Shown one piece after another: positions 50,304-61,011 of a DNA stretch of 64,000 nucleotides. The stretch is from NCBI GenBank assembly GCA_003242475.2, contig QGUN02000003.1, positions 245 to 64,244 of the forward strand, written 5' to 3'. The stretch comes from Pseudomonadota bacterium (GTDB lineage Bacteria > Myxococcota > Myxococcia > Myxococcales > Vulgatibacteraceae). The position numbers were made by a program, and so were the translations under genes. The stretch's first letter is position 1, and each line of letters begins with the position of its first letter. The notes beneath the pieces are model-generated. The model saw only the letters and a program-made list of their open reading frames with translations. It was not told the origin of the DNA and did no database searches.

Positions 50304-51649
50304 GGTGCCGCCTCCTGCCGGGCGAAGGCCGCGGCGGCGCGGCCGGCCTCCGAGCCCTGGCGGATCGCCTCCTCCGGAGAGCCGCGCCCCGCAACCTCGC
50401 CGCAGGCGAAGACGCCGGGGATCCGCGTGCGTCCGGCCTCGTCGGCGACCACGACGAAGCCGTCGGCGCTCATGCGGATCTCCGCGCCCGCATGCCGCGC
50501 CAGGTCCACGAAGCCGGAGAGATTGCCCGCCACGGCCAGAAGGTCGATCCGCAGCTTCTGCTCGCTGCCATCGGGCAGCTGAACGATGGCGCCGGCCAGC
50601 CGTCCCCGGCCACGGGCCCGGACGACATGTCCGCGGGGTCCGGGTTCGAGCCCCACGGTCGCCACCACCTCGCAGCCGTGTCGGCGCAGAAGCGCCGCGA
50701 TCCCCTCGGCCTCCGGTCCCTCGCCCGCCACCAGCGCGCGTTCGCCGGGGAGGACGCCGTCGCGCTCCAGAAGGAGCGCGAGCGCCCGGGCGCCGAAGAT
50801 GCCGGGCAGGTCGTTGTTGCCGAAGAGCGGCAGGTTCTCGGTGGCGCCGGTGGCGACCACCACCGCCCGGGGATGGAGCGAATGGAGGGTGCGGTCAGAG
50901 CCCCGCGCCGCGGCCCAGGGAACGCGGGCGTCGAGGCCGTCCTCGAAGAAGAGGCCGAAGACGAAGGTGGAGGAGAGGATGCGCGCGCCGCTTTCTCGGA
51001 GGACGCGGAGGGCCTCCTCGCGCCAGGCCAAGGTGGGAGCGCCCGGGCGGAGCGGCGCGATGAGCGAGGTTCCCGGCTCGGGGCGGTCGTCGACCAGGGT
51101 CACACGGGCACCGGCGCGCGCCGCCTCGACCGCGGCCGCCAGCCCGGCGGCGCCCGCGCCGATCACGAGCACGTCGGTCCGATGTTCTTCATGGCGCGCA
51201 GCGGCAGAGTGCTCCGAGTCGGGGAGCTTGCCCAACCCGGCGAGCTGGCGGGCCACGCGGGCGACCACCTTCTCCACCACGGGAACGCCGGGGAAGAGGG
51301 TGTGGTGGTCGAGGCCGCGGGGGTAGACCCAGTCGATGGCGCGGAAGACGTCGTGGCTGGCGCTGGGAAAGGCGTTCTGGCGCTCCACTCGCATCCCATC
51401 GCGCGCCTTCACCTGACAGGCGGCGACGTTGGCCTCGCCGTCCACGCGCACGAGGCACTGCCCGCAGCGGCCGGCGAGGCAAAAGGGGCCGCGGGCGCGG
51501 TGGTACTTGACCCCGCGGGAAAGGATCTCCATCCCGGCGGCCAGCAGGCTGGCGGTGAGGGGTTCGCCTTCGCGGGCCGGGATCGGCTGGCCCTCCACCT
51601 CGAGGTGGACGATGCGCCGGGGGTCGCCTTCCTTCGTTCGCCTCGCCAT
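50300..51649 (-). CDS. SoxA/HcnB/OoxA-like subunit: N-terminal 2Fe-2S module plus an FAD/NAD(P)-binding oxidoreductase
   Basis: [26 protein letters not shown], then [30 protein letters not shown] and a second Rossmann motif. Overlaps the downstream gene by 4 nt. Confidence 0.7.
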   Translation of the reverse strand: MARRTKEGDPRRIVHLEVEGQPIPAREGEPLTASLLAAGMEILSRGVKYHRARGPFCLAGRCGQCLVRVDGEANVAACQVKARDGMRVERQNAFPSASHDVFRAIDWVYPRGLDHHTLFPGVPVVEKVVARVARQLAGLGKLPDSEHSAAARHEEHRTDVLVIGAGAAGLAAAVEAARAGARVTLVDDRPEPGTSLIAPLRPGAPTLAWREEALRVLRESGARILSSTFVFGLFFEDGLDARVPWAAARGSDRTLHSLHPRAVVVATGATENLPLFGNNDLPGIFGARALALLLERDGVLPGERALVAGEGPEAEGIAALLRRHGCEVVATVGLEPGPRGHVVRARGRGRLAGAIVQLPDGSEQKLRIDLLAVAGNLSGFVDLARHAGAEIRMSADGFVVVADEAGRTRIPGVFACGEVAGRGSPEEAIRQGSEAGRAAAAFARQEAAP

Positions 51650-51722
51650 TCGGGGCCGGGTCTATAGCACGCCCGTCGCCCCGGCGCACCCGCCGTGCGC
51701 ATGCGCGCGAAGGGCTGGATCT

Positions 51723-52046
51723 TCACGCGAGCAGCCCGTCGATCTTTGCGGCGAGAATGAAATCGTTCTCGGAGAGGCCACCGATGGCGAAGGTCCAGAG
51801 CGAGACCTTCACCTCGCGGTAGTGCACGCAGAAGTCTGGATGGTGTCCTTCCTCTTCGGCGAGGTCCGCCATTCGATTCACGAAGGCGATCGCCTGGGGA
51901 AAGGATTCGAAGACGAAGGTCTTCACCAGGCGACCGGCTTCGACCTTCCAGCCGGGAACCTGGGGGAGAAGCGCCCGCTGCTCCTCTTCCGTCATGGGAG
52001 GGGTGCCGCCCTCGCAGGGCACACACCGCTTGGCTCGCAGGTCCAT
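51723..52046 (-). CDS. phhB: Pterin-4a-carbinolamine dehydratase
   Basis: ATG at 52046 gives MDLRAKRCVPCEGG...FPQAIAFVNRMADLAEEEGHHPDFCVHYREVKVSLWTFAIGGLSENDFILAAKID. Track ORF 51723..52520 is over-extended. Confidence 0.85.
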   Translation of the reverse strand: MDLRAKRCVPCEGGTPPMTEEEQRALLPQVPGWKVEAGRLVKTFVFESFPQAIAFVNRMADLAEEEGHHPDFCVHYREVKVSLWTFAIGGLSENDFILAAKIDGLLA

Positions 52047-52206
52047 GCGGAGAGCCTGGGGCCGAAGCACCCCTCGCGTCAATCGGCAGCGGTCGAAGGG
52101 GAGCTCCGAGCTTCCCTCGATCGAGCGCGAATCCGGGCGCGACGGATGGACCGGGACGCGCGCCTGTGTCGTTCCCGTACGGGGCAGCGTCGAGGGGATT
52201 CGGTGG

Positions 52207-53619
52207 TTACTTTCGACGCGCCTTTTTCTTGGTTCGCGCGGCTTGCGCTGCGGCGGCGCGGCGGGCGGCGCGCTCCTCCTTCTTGCGCCGCTGGCGCTCG
52301 AGAAAGCCCATCTTCGGCCGGGGCTCGGAGGGAGGCACTTTGGCCTTCGGTACCAGGCGCGCCACCGCGGAGGAGGGGCCGCCGAAGGCGCGGGTGAGCA
52401 TGGCCTCCGCCACGGGGTGCAGCTCGCCTTTCTCGCGGGCCTCCTCCTCGAGAACCGCGAACCAGAAGAGCCGCCGCGTGACGAGAGTGGCGTAGGCGCC
52501 GGGCGGCAAGGTGAATGCAACGTTTACTTTGAGTCGGCCTCGGTTGAGCTCGTCCGGACGCGGCTTTCCCACCACCAGCTTGCCCGGATAGATGATCACC
52601 GGCCGCTCCTCGTGTTTGAAGAACATGCCGGGAAGGTGGGGGAGGGCGAGGTCGTCGAGACGGATCCTCTCCTGACGCAGTGTCTCGAAGACGGCGCGCG
52701 CGGTGCGCGCATCTTCGAAGGCCGAGTCGGGGCCGAGGAGAGGAAAGGTGCGCCGGCGAAGGTCTTCCAGTGTTTCGCGCGGGAGCTCTCGGGGAAAGAG
52801 CAGGCGCCCCGCCTGGTAGCGGATGGAGATCATCTCCTCCGCGGGGAGGTAGCCGAGAAGGAGCCTCCGCACTCCCTCGTTCCAGAGGTAGCTCTGGTAC
52901 TCGTACAGGAGCAGGGTGCGGTAGCGCGTCTCGATCCGCAGGAAGGCGCCGGCGAAGTCCTTCGGGTTCTCCTGCAGATACAAGAGGATGTTTCGATATT
53001 TCCGCGCAGCTTTATAGGGGCATTTCTTCGCCCAGTTGCCCCAGTTTTTCGCCCAGAACTCCTTGACCTTCGCATCCTCGCTCTCGTCGAGGGGCGAGGG
53101 TTTGGCCATGTAATTGCGAAGTGCCTGCTCCACGTCGCCGCGGATGAGATCCTTGGCGATGAAGCCCTGGCTGTGCTTGAGGGCGCCGAATCGCTGCGAG
53201 TCGAAATAATTGATCACGCCGACGCGCCGGACTTCGGAGACGGATTGAGGCAGACGCGCGACGTCCTCCTCGCCGAGATCGCGAACGGTGATGGAAAAGC
53301 GATTGGCGGTGAGGTTGTCCGCGGAGAGGGGCTCCCGGGTGCGGCCGAGGTACTTGAGCCGGAGGTCGGGCTCCTGGAGCTGCTCTTCGAGGCCATGGAT
53401 CGCCACGAGCTGCTCGGTGCGGCCCTGCTTGTCCTTGAGTCCGCAGAAGCTCACCCGCTTCGGCGGGATCCGGAAATGGGCGCAGATCCGCTCCACCGCC
53501 TCGAAGGTGGAGAGCTTCTGCTTGTCCATGAGGTAGACGCGCCACGGACCCTTGGGATCCCAGTCGACGCGGTACGCCTCGCGGACGACGAAGTCCTCCG
53601 GGCGCTGCTTGATCTTCAT
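52207..53619 (-). CDS. truD: tRNA pseudouridine(13) synthase TruD with a long basic C-terminal extension
   Basis: RPEDFVVRE...VSFCGLKDKQGRTEQ (catalytic Asp context). At 470 aa it is longer than my recollection of typical TruD (about 350 aa). The tail reads RQRRKKEERAARRAAAAQAARTKKKARRK. Confidence 0.8.
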   Translation of the reverse strand: MKIKQRPEDFVVREAYRVDWDPKGPWRVYLMDKQKLSTFEAVERICAHFRIPPKRVSFCGLKDKQGRTEQLVAIHGLEEQLQEPDLRLKYLGRTREPLSADNLTANRFSITVRDLGEEDVARLPQSVSEVRRVGVINYFDSQRFGALKHSQGFIAKDLIRGDVEQALRNYMAKPSPLDESEDAKVKEFWAKNWGNWAKKCPYKAARKYRNILLYLQENPKDFAGAFLRIETRYRTLLLYEYQSYLWNEGVRRLLLGYLPAEEMISIRYQAGRLLFPRELPRETLEDLRRRTFPLLGPDSAFEDARTARAVFETLRQERIRLDDLALPHLPGMFFKHEERPVIIYPGKLVVGKPRPDELNRGRLKVNVAFTLPPGAYATLVTRRLFWFAVLEEEAREKGELHPVAEAMLTRAFGGPSSAVARLVPKAKVPPSEPRPKMGFLERQRRKKEERAARRAAAAQAARTKKKARRK

Positions 53620-53631
53620 CTCCCGTCCTCT

Positions 53632-54641
53632 TCAATCGACATGGTGACAGGCCACCTGCCGCCCGTCCCCGAGCACCCGAAGGAGGGGTTCCTCCTCCCG
53701 GCAGCGCGCCTTCTGGACGGCTCCGAGGGAGGCGAAGCGGGGACACCGGGGGTGGAACCGGCATCCCCGGGGCGGAGCGAGCGGGGAAGGTACATCACCT
53801 TCGAGGACGATGCGCTGTCGATCCGCTTCCGCGCGCGGATCGGGGATGGGGACCGCGGAGATCAGCGCCTGGGTGTAGGGATGCGCGGGGCGCCGGTAGA
53901 TCTCGGCGGCGGGGGAGAGCTCCACGATCCGCCCCAGGTACATCACCGCGATCCGGTCGGAGACGTGGCGGACGGCTGCCAGGTCGTGGGCGATGAAGAG
54001 GTAGGTCAGGCCGAGGTCTCGTTGCAGCTCTACCAGCAGGTTCAGCACCTGGGCGCGGATGGAGACGTCGAGCGCCGAGACCGGCTCGTCGCAGACCACG
54101 AAGGAGGGCTCGAGGATCAGGGCTCGGGCGATGGCCACCCGTTGCCGCTGCCCGCCGGAGAACTCGTGAGGATAGCGGCGGATGTAGCGCGGGTTCATCC
54201 CGCAGCGCTCGAGCATCGACTGCACGCGGTCGCGCAGGTCCGGCCCGCCCATGCCGTGCGCCAGCAGCGGCTCGGCCACGATGTCGAAGACGGTCATCCG
54301 CGGGTCGAGCGAGCCGTAGGGGTCCTGGAAGATCATCTGGAAGTGGCGCCGCTTGCGGCGCAGCACCTCCCCACGAAGGGAGAGCAGATCCTCGCCGTCG
54401 AAGCGGATGTTCCCGGAGGTGACCGGGACGAGGCGCATGAGCGCGCGGCCGGTCGTGCTCTTGCCGCAGCCCGATTCGCCCACCAGGCCCAATGTCTCGC
54501 CGCGGGCGATGGCGAAGCTCACCCCGTCGACGGCCCGGACCACCGCCGCCTTCCGCTTCAGGACCGTGCCGCGGTAGACGGGGAAATGGACCCGGAGATC
54601 CTCGACCTCGACCAGCGGGCGCGCCGTCGAGGCCTCCTCCA

Positions 54642-54657
<16 letters not shown>
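53632..54657 (-). CDS. oppF: Oligopeptide/dipeptide ABC transporter ATP-binding protein (OppF-like)
   Basis: [30 protein letters not shown] and a C-terminal oligopeptide-ABC Cys motif (CRFHPRCP). The start is ATG 54657 or ATG 54642, which abuts the oppD TGA. Confidence 0.88.
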
Positions 54658-55606
<949 letters not shown>

Positions 55607-55610
<4 letters not shown>

Positions 55611-56497
55611 GTTCGCATCCTCGGATCCAGGGCGTCGCGCAGGCCGTCGCCCAGGAAGTTCAGGGAAAAGAGGGTGAGGGTCAGAAGGAGGCCTGGGAAG
55701 ATCAGCAGGTGGGGGTGGAGCATCATGTTGTTCGCTCCGTCGGAGACCAGCAGGCCCCAGGACGCCATCGGCGGCTGCACGCCGAGCCCCAGGTAGGAGA
55801 GGAAGGCCTCCTCCAGCATCACGCGGGGCACCGTCAGGGTGGCATAGACGACGATCGGGCCGAGCGCGTTGGGGACGAGGTGGCGAAAGACGATGGCGAG
55901 ATCCCGGACGCCCGCGGCCCGCGCCGCGTCGACGAATTCGCTCTGCTTCAGCGAGAGCACCTGTCCGCGGACGATGCGGGCCATGGTCAGCCACGAGACC
56001 GCTCCCAGCGCCACGAAGAGCAGGACGATCGAGCGACCGAAGAGTACGAGGAAGAGGATCACCACGAACATGAAGGGCAGGGTGTACAGCACGTCCACCA
56101 CCCGCATCATGATGGCGTCGACCCTCCCTCCGAAGTAGCCGGCGATGGCGCCGTAGGCGACGCCGATGGTCAGGGAGACCAGCGTGGCCGCCAGGCCCAC
56201 CGCGAGGGAGATTCGGCCGCCGTACATGGTTCGCACGAGGAGATCCCGGCCGTGGAGATCGGTGCCGAACCAGTGTTCGGCGGAGGGGCCCCGCGCGCCG
56301 TACTCCAGGTTCTGCTCGTCGAAGGAGTAGGGGACGAAAAGGGGCCCGGCGACGCAGAAGAGGACGATCCCCCCGAGCACCGCGGCAGCGGCGACCGCCA
56401 TGCGGTTCTTTTTCAGCCGGCGCCAGGCGTCGCGCCAAAGGGAGGTTCCCTCGATTTCCTCCAGCTCGGGAGCAGCGACCGGGACCGTCGACGTCAT
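55607..56497 (-). CDS. oppC: Oligopeptide ABC transporter permease (OppC-like)
   Basis: ATG at 56497 overlaps the oppB stop. Contains [13 protein letters not shown] and the EAA-type loop [12 protein letters not shown]. Confidence 0.88.
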
Positions 56498-57522
56498 TCG
56501 TACCTCACCCGCGGATCGAGGATGCCGAGCACCACGTCCACCACGAGATTCGCGACGAGGAGGAAGACGGCGTTGACCACCACCACCGCCATGGCCAGGG
56601 TGATGTCGCGGTTGATCGCGGCGTCCACGAAGTAGCGGCCCATCCCCGGGACGTTGAAGATTCGCTCGACCACGATCGAGCCGGTGAACAGCGCTGCCAT
56701 GGCCGGGCCCAGATACGAGACCACCGGCAAGAGTCCGCCGCGCAGCGCGTGACGCAGGATCACCAGCCGCTCGGGAAGACCCTTGGCGCGCGCGGTGCGA
56801 ATGAAGTCCTGGCGCACCACCTCCAGCATGCCGCCGCGGGTCAGCCGGGCGACGTAGGCGGCGTAGGCGCTGCCGAGGGTCAGCCCGGGCAAGAACACGT
56901 GCGAGAGGCTTTCCCAGCGGGCGGGAGGAAACCAGAGCAGGCCGAGGGAGAAGACCAGGATCAGCACCGGCCCGAGGACGAAATTGGGGACGGAGATCCC
57001 GAGCAGGGCCGCGATCATGGCCAAATGATCGGGCCAACGGTTCTGGTAGACGGCAGCGACGAGGCCGGCGACGAGGCCGATGCCGAGGGCGAAGGTGACC
57101 GCCAAAAGGCCGAGCTGGAGCGTGACCGGCATGCCCGCGCGGATGAACTCGTTCACGCTGCGATCCTTGTACTTGTAGGAGGGGCCGAAATCGCCGCGCA
57201 CGTAGTTTCCGAGCATCCAGCCGTACTGGAAGAGGCCGGTGCAAACCCGCTCCGCTCGGGAGGCCCAGGGGGATGCGCGCCGCAACGCGCGCTCCTCGTC
57301 GGGCGAGCGCACCCCCTGCAGGGCCGGCAAGAAGCGCGCCTCGCACCAGGGTTCGCGCATGCGGTAGCGCAGCTCGAGGTTGCGCTTCACCTCGGGGGGA
57401 ACCGGCTTTTCCGCGTCGAAGGGACCGCCGGGCGCCACCCGCATCAGCACGAAGCTGAAGGTGAAGACGACCAGGAGGATGGGGAAGATGCCGAGAATCC
57501 GGCGGAGGACGAATCGGATCAC
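56494..57522 (-). CDS. oppB: Oligopeptide ABC transporter permease (OppB-like)
   Basis: GTG at 57522 overlaps the oppA stop. Product begins VIRFVLRRILGIFPILLVVFTFSFVLMRVAPGGPF and contains QDFIRTARAKGL. Confidence 0.88.
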   Translation of the reverse strand: MIRFVLRRILGIFPILLVVFTFSFVLMRVAPGGPFDAEKPVPPEVKRNLELRYRMREPWCEARFLPALQGVRSPDEERALRRASPWASRAERVCTGLFQYGWMLGNYVRGDFGPSYKYKDRSVNEFIRAGMPVTLQLGLLAVTFALGIGLVAGLVAAVYQNRWPDHLAMIAALLGISVPNFVLGPVLILVFSLGLLWFPPARWESLSHVFLPGLTLGSAYAAYVARLTRGGMLEVVRQDFIRTARAKGLPERLVILRHALRGGLLPVVSYLGPAMAALFTGSIVVERIFNVPGMGRYFVDAAINRDITLAMAVVVVNAVFLLVANLVVDVVLGILDPRVRYE

Positions 57523-59165
57523 GGCGCGGCCTCCAGCCAGAGGCTCCGCAGCGGGTGGATGTCCTGGGCGTTCGGGTGGAAGCCCCGCACCCAGGAGCCG
57601 ATCAAGGTGTTTTGCGAGTAGTAGTAGATCGGAAGGACGGGAAGTTCTTCCATGAGGATCGCCTCGGCCTGCGCGTAGAGCGCGTAGCGCCGCCGGGTAT
57701 CGGGCTCGGAGAGGGCGAGCTGGAGGAGGCGGTCGAATTCGGCGTTCTTCCACCGCGCCTCGTTGGCGTCGGAGTCGGAGAGGAACTGGGAGAGGAAGCT
57801 GTAGGGATCGAGGAAGTCGCCGATCCAGCCCGCGCGCGCGAGCTGGTAGTGGCCCTCCAGCCGGTTGCTCATGAAGACTTTCCACTCCTGGTTCTCGATG
57901 CGCACTTCGATCCCCAGGTGGCGCTTCCACATCTGCTGGATGGCCTCGGCGATCTGCCGGTGGCCTTCATGCGTGTTGTAGAGGATTTCGATGGTGGGGA
58001 AGCGCTTGCCACCCGGTCCATAGCCGGCTTCGGCCAAGAGCCGGCGCGCCTCCTCGGGGTCGAAGGGGACCGGGCTCGGGCGCGGATAGCCCATCTCGAA
58101 GAAGATGTCGGGGACGACGCCGTCGGCGGGGCGCTGCCCGCCGCGTGCCACGTGCCGCACGATCGCCTCGCGATCGGTGGCCAAGAGCAGCGCCCGCCGG
58201 ACCCGCCGGTCCTTGAGCGGCGAGCCCGGGTTGCGGTCCTCGCGCAGGTTGATCCAGTAGAAGTAGGTGCCGAGGTAGCGATCCTCGCGGTAGTCCGCCT
58301 TGCCGCGCAGGTGGGGAACGTACTCCGGCGGCGGCCGGACGTTCGAGCCCAGCCAGTCGAGCTCGCCGGCGCGGAAGAGCCGCAGCATGGAGTGGGTGTC
58401 TTCGGAGACGACGAGAACGGCGCCGTCGAGGCGGACGTCGTCCCGATCCCAGTAGGTCGGGTTCCTCTCGAGGACGATCTCGTAGTTCGGGATCCAGCGG
58501 ACGAGGCGGAAGGGCCCGTTGGAGACGATGTTTTCGGGCCGGGTCCAGGCCATGCCATGCCGTTCCACCGCATGGCGGGGCACGGGGCAGAAGGGCGCGA
58601 AGGGGAGGAGGGAGAGAAACCACGGGACCGGGCGCTCCAGCCGCACCTCCAGCGTCCGGTCGTCCAGCGCGCGCACGCCCACGTCGTCACGGCTGCCGCT
58701 GCCGAGGTTGTAGGCCTTGCCGCCTTCGATGTCCCAGAAGAGCGCCGCGTACTGCGCCGCCGTCTCGGGGGCGAGGACGCGCTTCCACGACCACTCGAAG
58801 TCGTGGGCCGTCAAGGGCGTGCCATCCGACCAGACGAGACCCTCGCGCAAGGTGAAGACGTAACGCCGGCCGTCCTCGCTGACCTCCCACGACTCGGCCG
58901 CACCCGGCAGGGGCTCGAGGGTCTTCGGGTCGTAGCGCAACAGGCCCTCGAAGAGCTCGCGGATCACGTCGATGCCGGGACCGTCGTAGGACTTTCCGGG
59001 ATCGATGGACTCGGGCTCGGAGCCGCCGCCGACGTAGAGGACGTTGTCGCGGTGGCGTCGCGTCTCGGGGCCGAAGGTCGGACGGTCGCGCTCGCAGGCG
59101 CCGACGAGCGATTCGAGCGCGAGGGCGACGACCAGGGCGCGGGCGGAAGCTCGGTTCAAGGGCAA
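57519..59165 (-). CDS. oppA: Oligopeptide ABC transporter substrate-binding lipoprotein (family 5 SBP)
   Basis: Lipobox LVGAC follows ALVVALALES. Contains GGGSEPESIDPGKSYDGPG...LFEGLLRYDP. TTG starts at 59165 or 59159; the rest of track ORF 57519..59672 is over-extension. Confidence 0.85.
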   Translation of the reverse strand: MPLNRASARALVVALALESLVGACERDRPTFGPETRRHRDNVLYVGGGSEPESIDPGKSYDGPGIDVIRELFEGLLRYDPKTLEPLPGAAESWEVSEDGRRYVFTLREGLVWSDGTPLTAHDFEWSWKRVLAPETAAQYAALFWDIEGGKAYNLGSGSRDDVGVRALDDRTLEVRLERPVPWFLSLLPFAPFCPVPRHAVERHGMAWTRPENIVSNGPFRLVRWIPNYEIVLERNPTYWDRDDVRLDGAVLVVSEDTHSMLRLFRAGELDWLGSNVRPPPEYVPHLRGKADYREDRYLGTYFYWINLREDRNPGSPLKDRRVRRALLLATDREAIVRHVARGGQRPADGVVPDIFFEMGYPRPSPVPFDPEEARRLLAEAGYGPGGKRFPTIEILYNTHEGHRQIAEAIQQMWKRHLGIEVRIENQEWKVFMSNRLEGHYQLARAGWIGDFLDPYSFLSQFLSDSDANEARWKNAEFDRLLQLALSEPDTRRRYALYAQAEAILMEELPVLPIYYYSQNTLIGSWVRGFHPNAQDIHPLRSLWLEAAP

Positions 59166-59322
59166 TACCCCACGCGCGCTGCCCGGCGGCTCGCCGGGCG
59201 GGCATTTCCGGAGGTCGGAAACGGATGGGCGCGGGAATGATTCCAGACCGTTTCGAAGGCTGTCAAACCGCGGCTGGATTTCGTCGCCCGGCTTTCTGTG
59301 GTAGCCGAAGGGCGAACGAGAG

Positions 59323-60048
59323 GTGGTTCCCGTGCTCATCGATCTCTGCGTGCCCACCCGCCACTCATCGGATTCTTCCGTCGATCCCGCCGAGGCAATT
59401 CGCATCGCCCACGAGCGCGGCCTCGACGGCATCGCCTTCGCCGACGTCGACACCATCGCCGCGCGCGAGGAGATCCGCGCGCTCCGCGCGGAGGCGCCGA
59501 TCGCGGTCTTCTTCGGCGTTCGCGTTTCGACCGACCACGGCGAGCTCCTCTGCTTCTTCCGCGATCCGGACGCGACCCCTTCGCCGGAGGAGCTCTTCGG
59601 CCCCCGCCCGGATGCCGGCTGGCCGGTGCGCACGGTCCTCGCCCGCGTCCGGGATGCGCGAGGCGCCGCCATCGCCGCGCGCCCCTACGACCGGGAGCTC
59701 GACCGCCCCATGGGCGACTCGGTCTTCACCCTCGAGGGCCTGGCGGCGGTGGAAGCCCTCTCGGGCCGGCTCTCGGAGGCGGCCAACGAGCAGGCCATCG
59801 TCGCCGCCTCTCACCTCGAGCTTCCCTGCGTGGGGGCGAGCGGTGCGCGCACCGTCGACGAGATCGGCCGTGCCGCCACGCTCTTCCGCGACGAGTTCGC
59901 CGGCCAGCGCTCCCTGGTCGAGGCGCTGGAGGCGGGTCACGTCTGGGCGGTCTGGCTGGGCACGCCCCCGAATTTCCCCGGCGACCAGGCGGCGCGGCGC
60001 GAGCTGCGAAGTCGGCGCCTGCGCGGCCGGCGCGGAGGACGGCGATGA
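59323..60048 (+). CDS. PHP-domain-like protein lacking the canonical metal-binding histidines
   Basis: Layout resembles PHP phosphoesterases (LIDLCVPTRHSSDS...GLDGIAFADVD...FFGVRVST...AIAARPY...GASGAR), but His positions are substituted. Start is GTG 59323 or GTG 59332. Confidence 0.55.
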   Translation: MVPVLIDLCVPTRHSSDSSVDPAEAIRIAHERGLDGIAFADVDTIAAREEIRALRAEAPIAVFFGVRVSTDHGELLCFFRDPDATPSPEELFGPRPDAGWPVRTVLARVRDARGAAIAARPYDRELDRPMGDSVFTLEGLAAVEALSGRLSEAANEQAIVAASHLELPCVGASGARTVDEIGRAATLFRDEFAGQRSLVEALEAGHVWAVWLGTPPNFPGDQAARRELRSRRLRGRRGGRR

Positions 60049-60773
60049 GGCGCTGGGCGCCGCTCGTCCTCCTCCTTCTCGCGGGCTGCGCGAGCCACTC
60101 CCTCCTGCCCGACGAGGACCGCATTCGCCTGGAGCGGAGCCTGCCCGGCCGCACCTACTACCTGCGCCAGGCGATGTACCTCGGGCCCTTCTGGAGCGAC
60201 GAGAGCAAGCGCTTCCTCTCCGCCAACGTTCCCGACGAGATCCCCTGGGTGGTCAATCCCGCGGGCGTCCCCCTCGATCCCGGGGAACCTGAAGCCATCG
60301 TACCGGTGGGCACTCGGGTGCGGGTGGTGAAGATCGAATTCCCCACCTCCTTCGTGGTGGCCCGGCGCGACCCCTTCCTGCCGCGCTTCTACCCCTGGGT
60401 CTACCTGGAGGTGGAGGGCAGGCCGCGGAACCCGGCGCCCATCCTGCTCCTGCGCCGCGAGCTCCGATCCCAGGCGGAGGTGGTCGAGGACCTGGAGCGG
60501 TACCTCTCGCCGGACGATCTGCGGCCGCGCCTGCGCAGCCTGCCGGAAGAGGTGCTCGAGGCCATCAACGAAAAACGCCTCGTGGAGGGCATGCCCGCCG
60601 AGGCGGTGGAGATGGCCTGGGGCATCCCCGAGCAGAAGCGCTTCTCTCCCTCGCCCGAAGGCCGGGTGGAGGAGTGGATCTGGCCCTTCGAGCGTCGCCG
60701 CGCCCGCATCGTCGGCGGGAGGCTGGTCTCCTGGGTGGGCGAGGCGCCCCGGGTGCCGGTCACGGCCCCCTAG
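60045..60773 (+). CDS. Lipoprotein with a BamE/SmpA-OmlA-like C-terminal region
   Basis: ATG at 60045 overlaps the previous stop (ATGA). Lipobox LLLAGC. C-terminus reads LVEGMPAEAVEMAWGIPEQKRF...EEWIWPF. TAG stop at 60771. Confidence 0.65.
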   Translation: MRRWAPLVLLLLAGCASHSLLPDEDRIRLERSLPGRTYYLRQAMYLGPFWSDESKRFLSANVPDEIPWVVNPAGVPLDPGEPEAIVPVGTRVRVVKIEFPTSFVVARRDPFLPRFYPWVYLEVEGRPRNPAPILLLRRELRSQAEVVEDLERYLSPDDLRPRLRSLPEEVLEAINEKRLVEGMPAEAVEMAWGIPEQKRFSPSPEGRVEEWIWPFERRRARIVGGRLVSWVGEAPRVPVTAP

Positions 60774-60860
60774 GCGCCTGTCGTCGTAACCGACCGTCGC
60801 GAGGCGGCGGAGGCGGTAGGCGAGGCCGGCAAGCGCAGCGACGAGCGACGCAGGCGTGGC
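60771..60860 (+). repeat. GC-rich intergenic repeat, copy 1; starts at the TAG stop of the upstream lipoprotein gene
   Basis: TAGGCGCCTG...GACCGTCGCGAGGCGGCGGAGGCGGTAGGCGAGG...CGGCAAGC...CGACGCAGGCG. The outer inverted repeat CGCCTG(T)CGTCG / CGACGCAGGCG can form a stem. Confidence 0.7.
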
Positions 60861-61011
60861 CGTCGTAGGTAGGGCCGGCCCCGGGGCTGGATTCACCGCT
60901 GGTTGAAGATCCGGCCGCGATGTATCGTCCAAGGGCCGCCGGGGCGGGAGCGCTTCGGTTTCCCGCGACCGGGGTGAAAACCCGTTTCCTCGAACCCAGG
61001 AGGGGTACGCC

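Noticed and set aside
59218-59254. A 7-bp inverted repeat GAAACGG...CCGTTTC in the divergent region between oppA and the PHP-like gene, considered as a possible operator.
   Set aside because: It is too short, with a 23-nt spacer, and I see no second copy or known motif. This may be chance.
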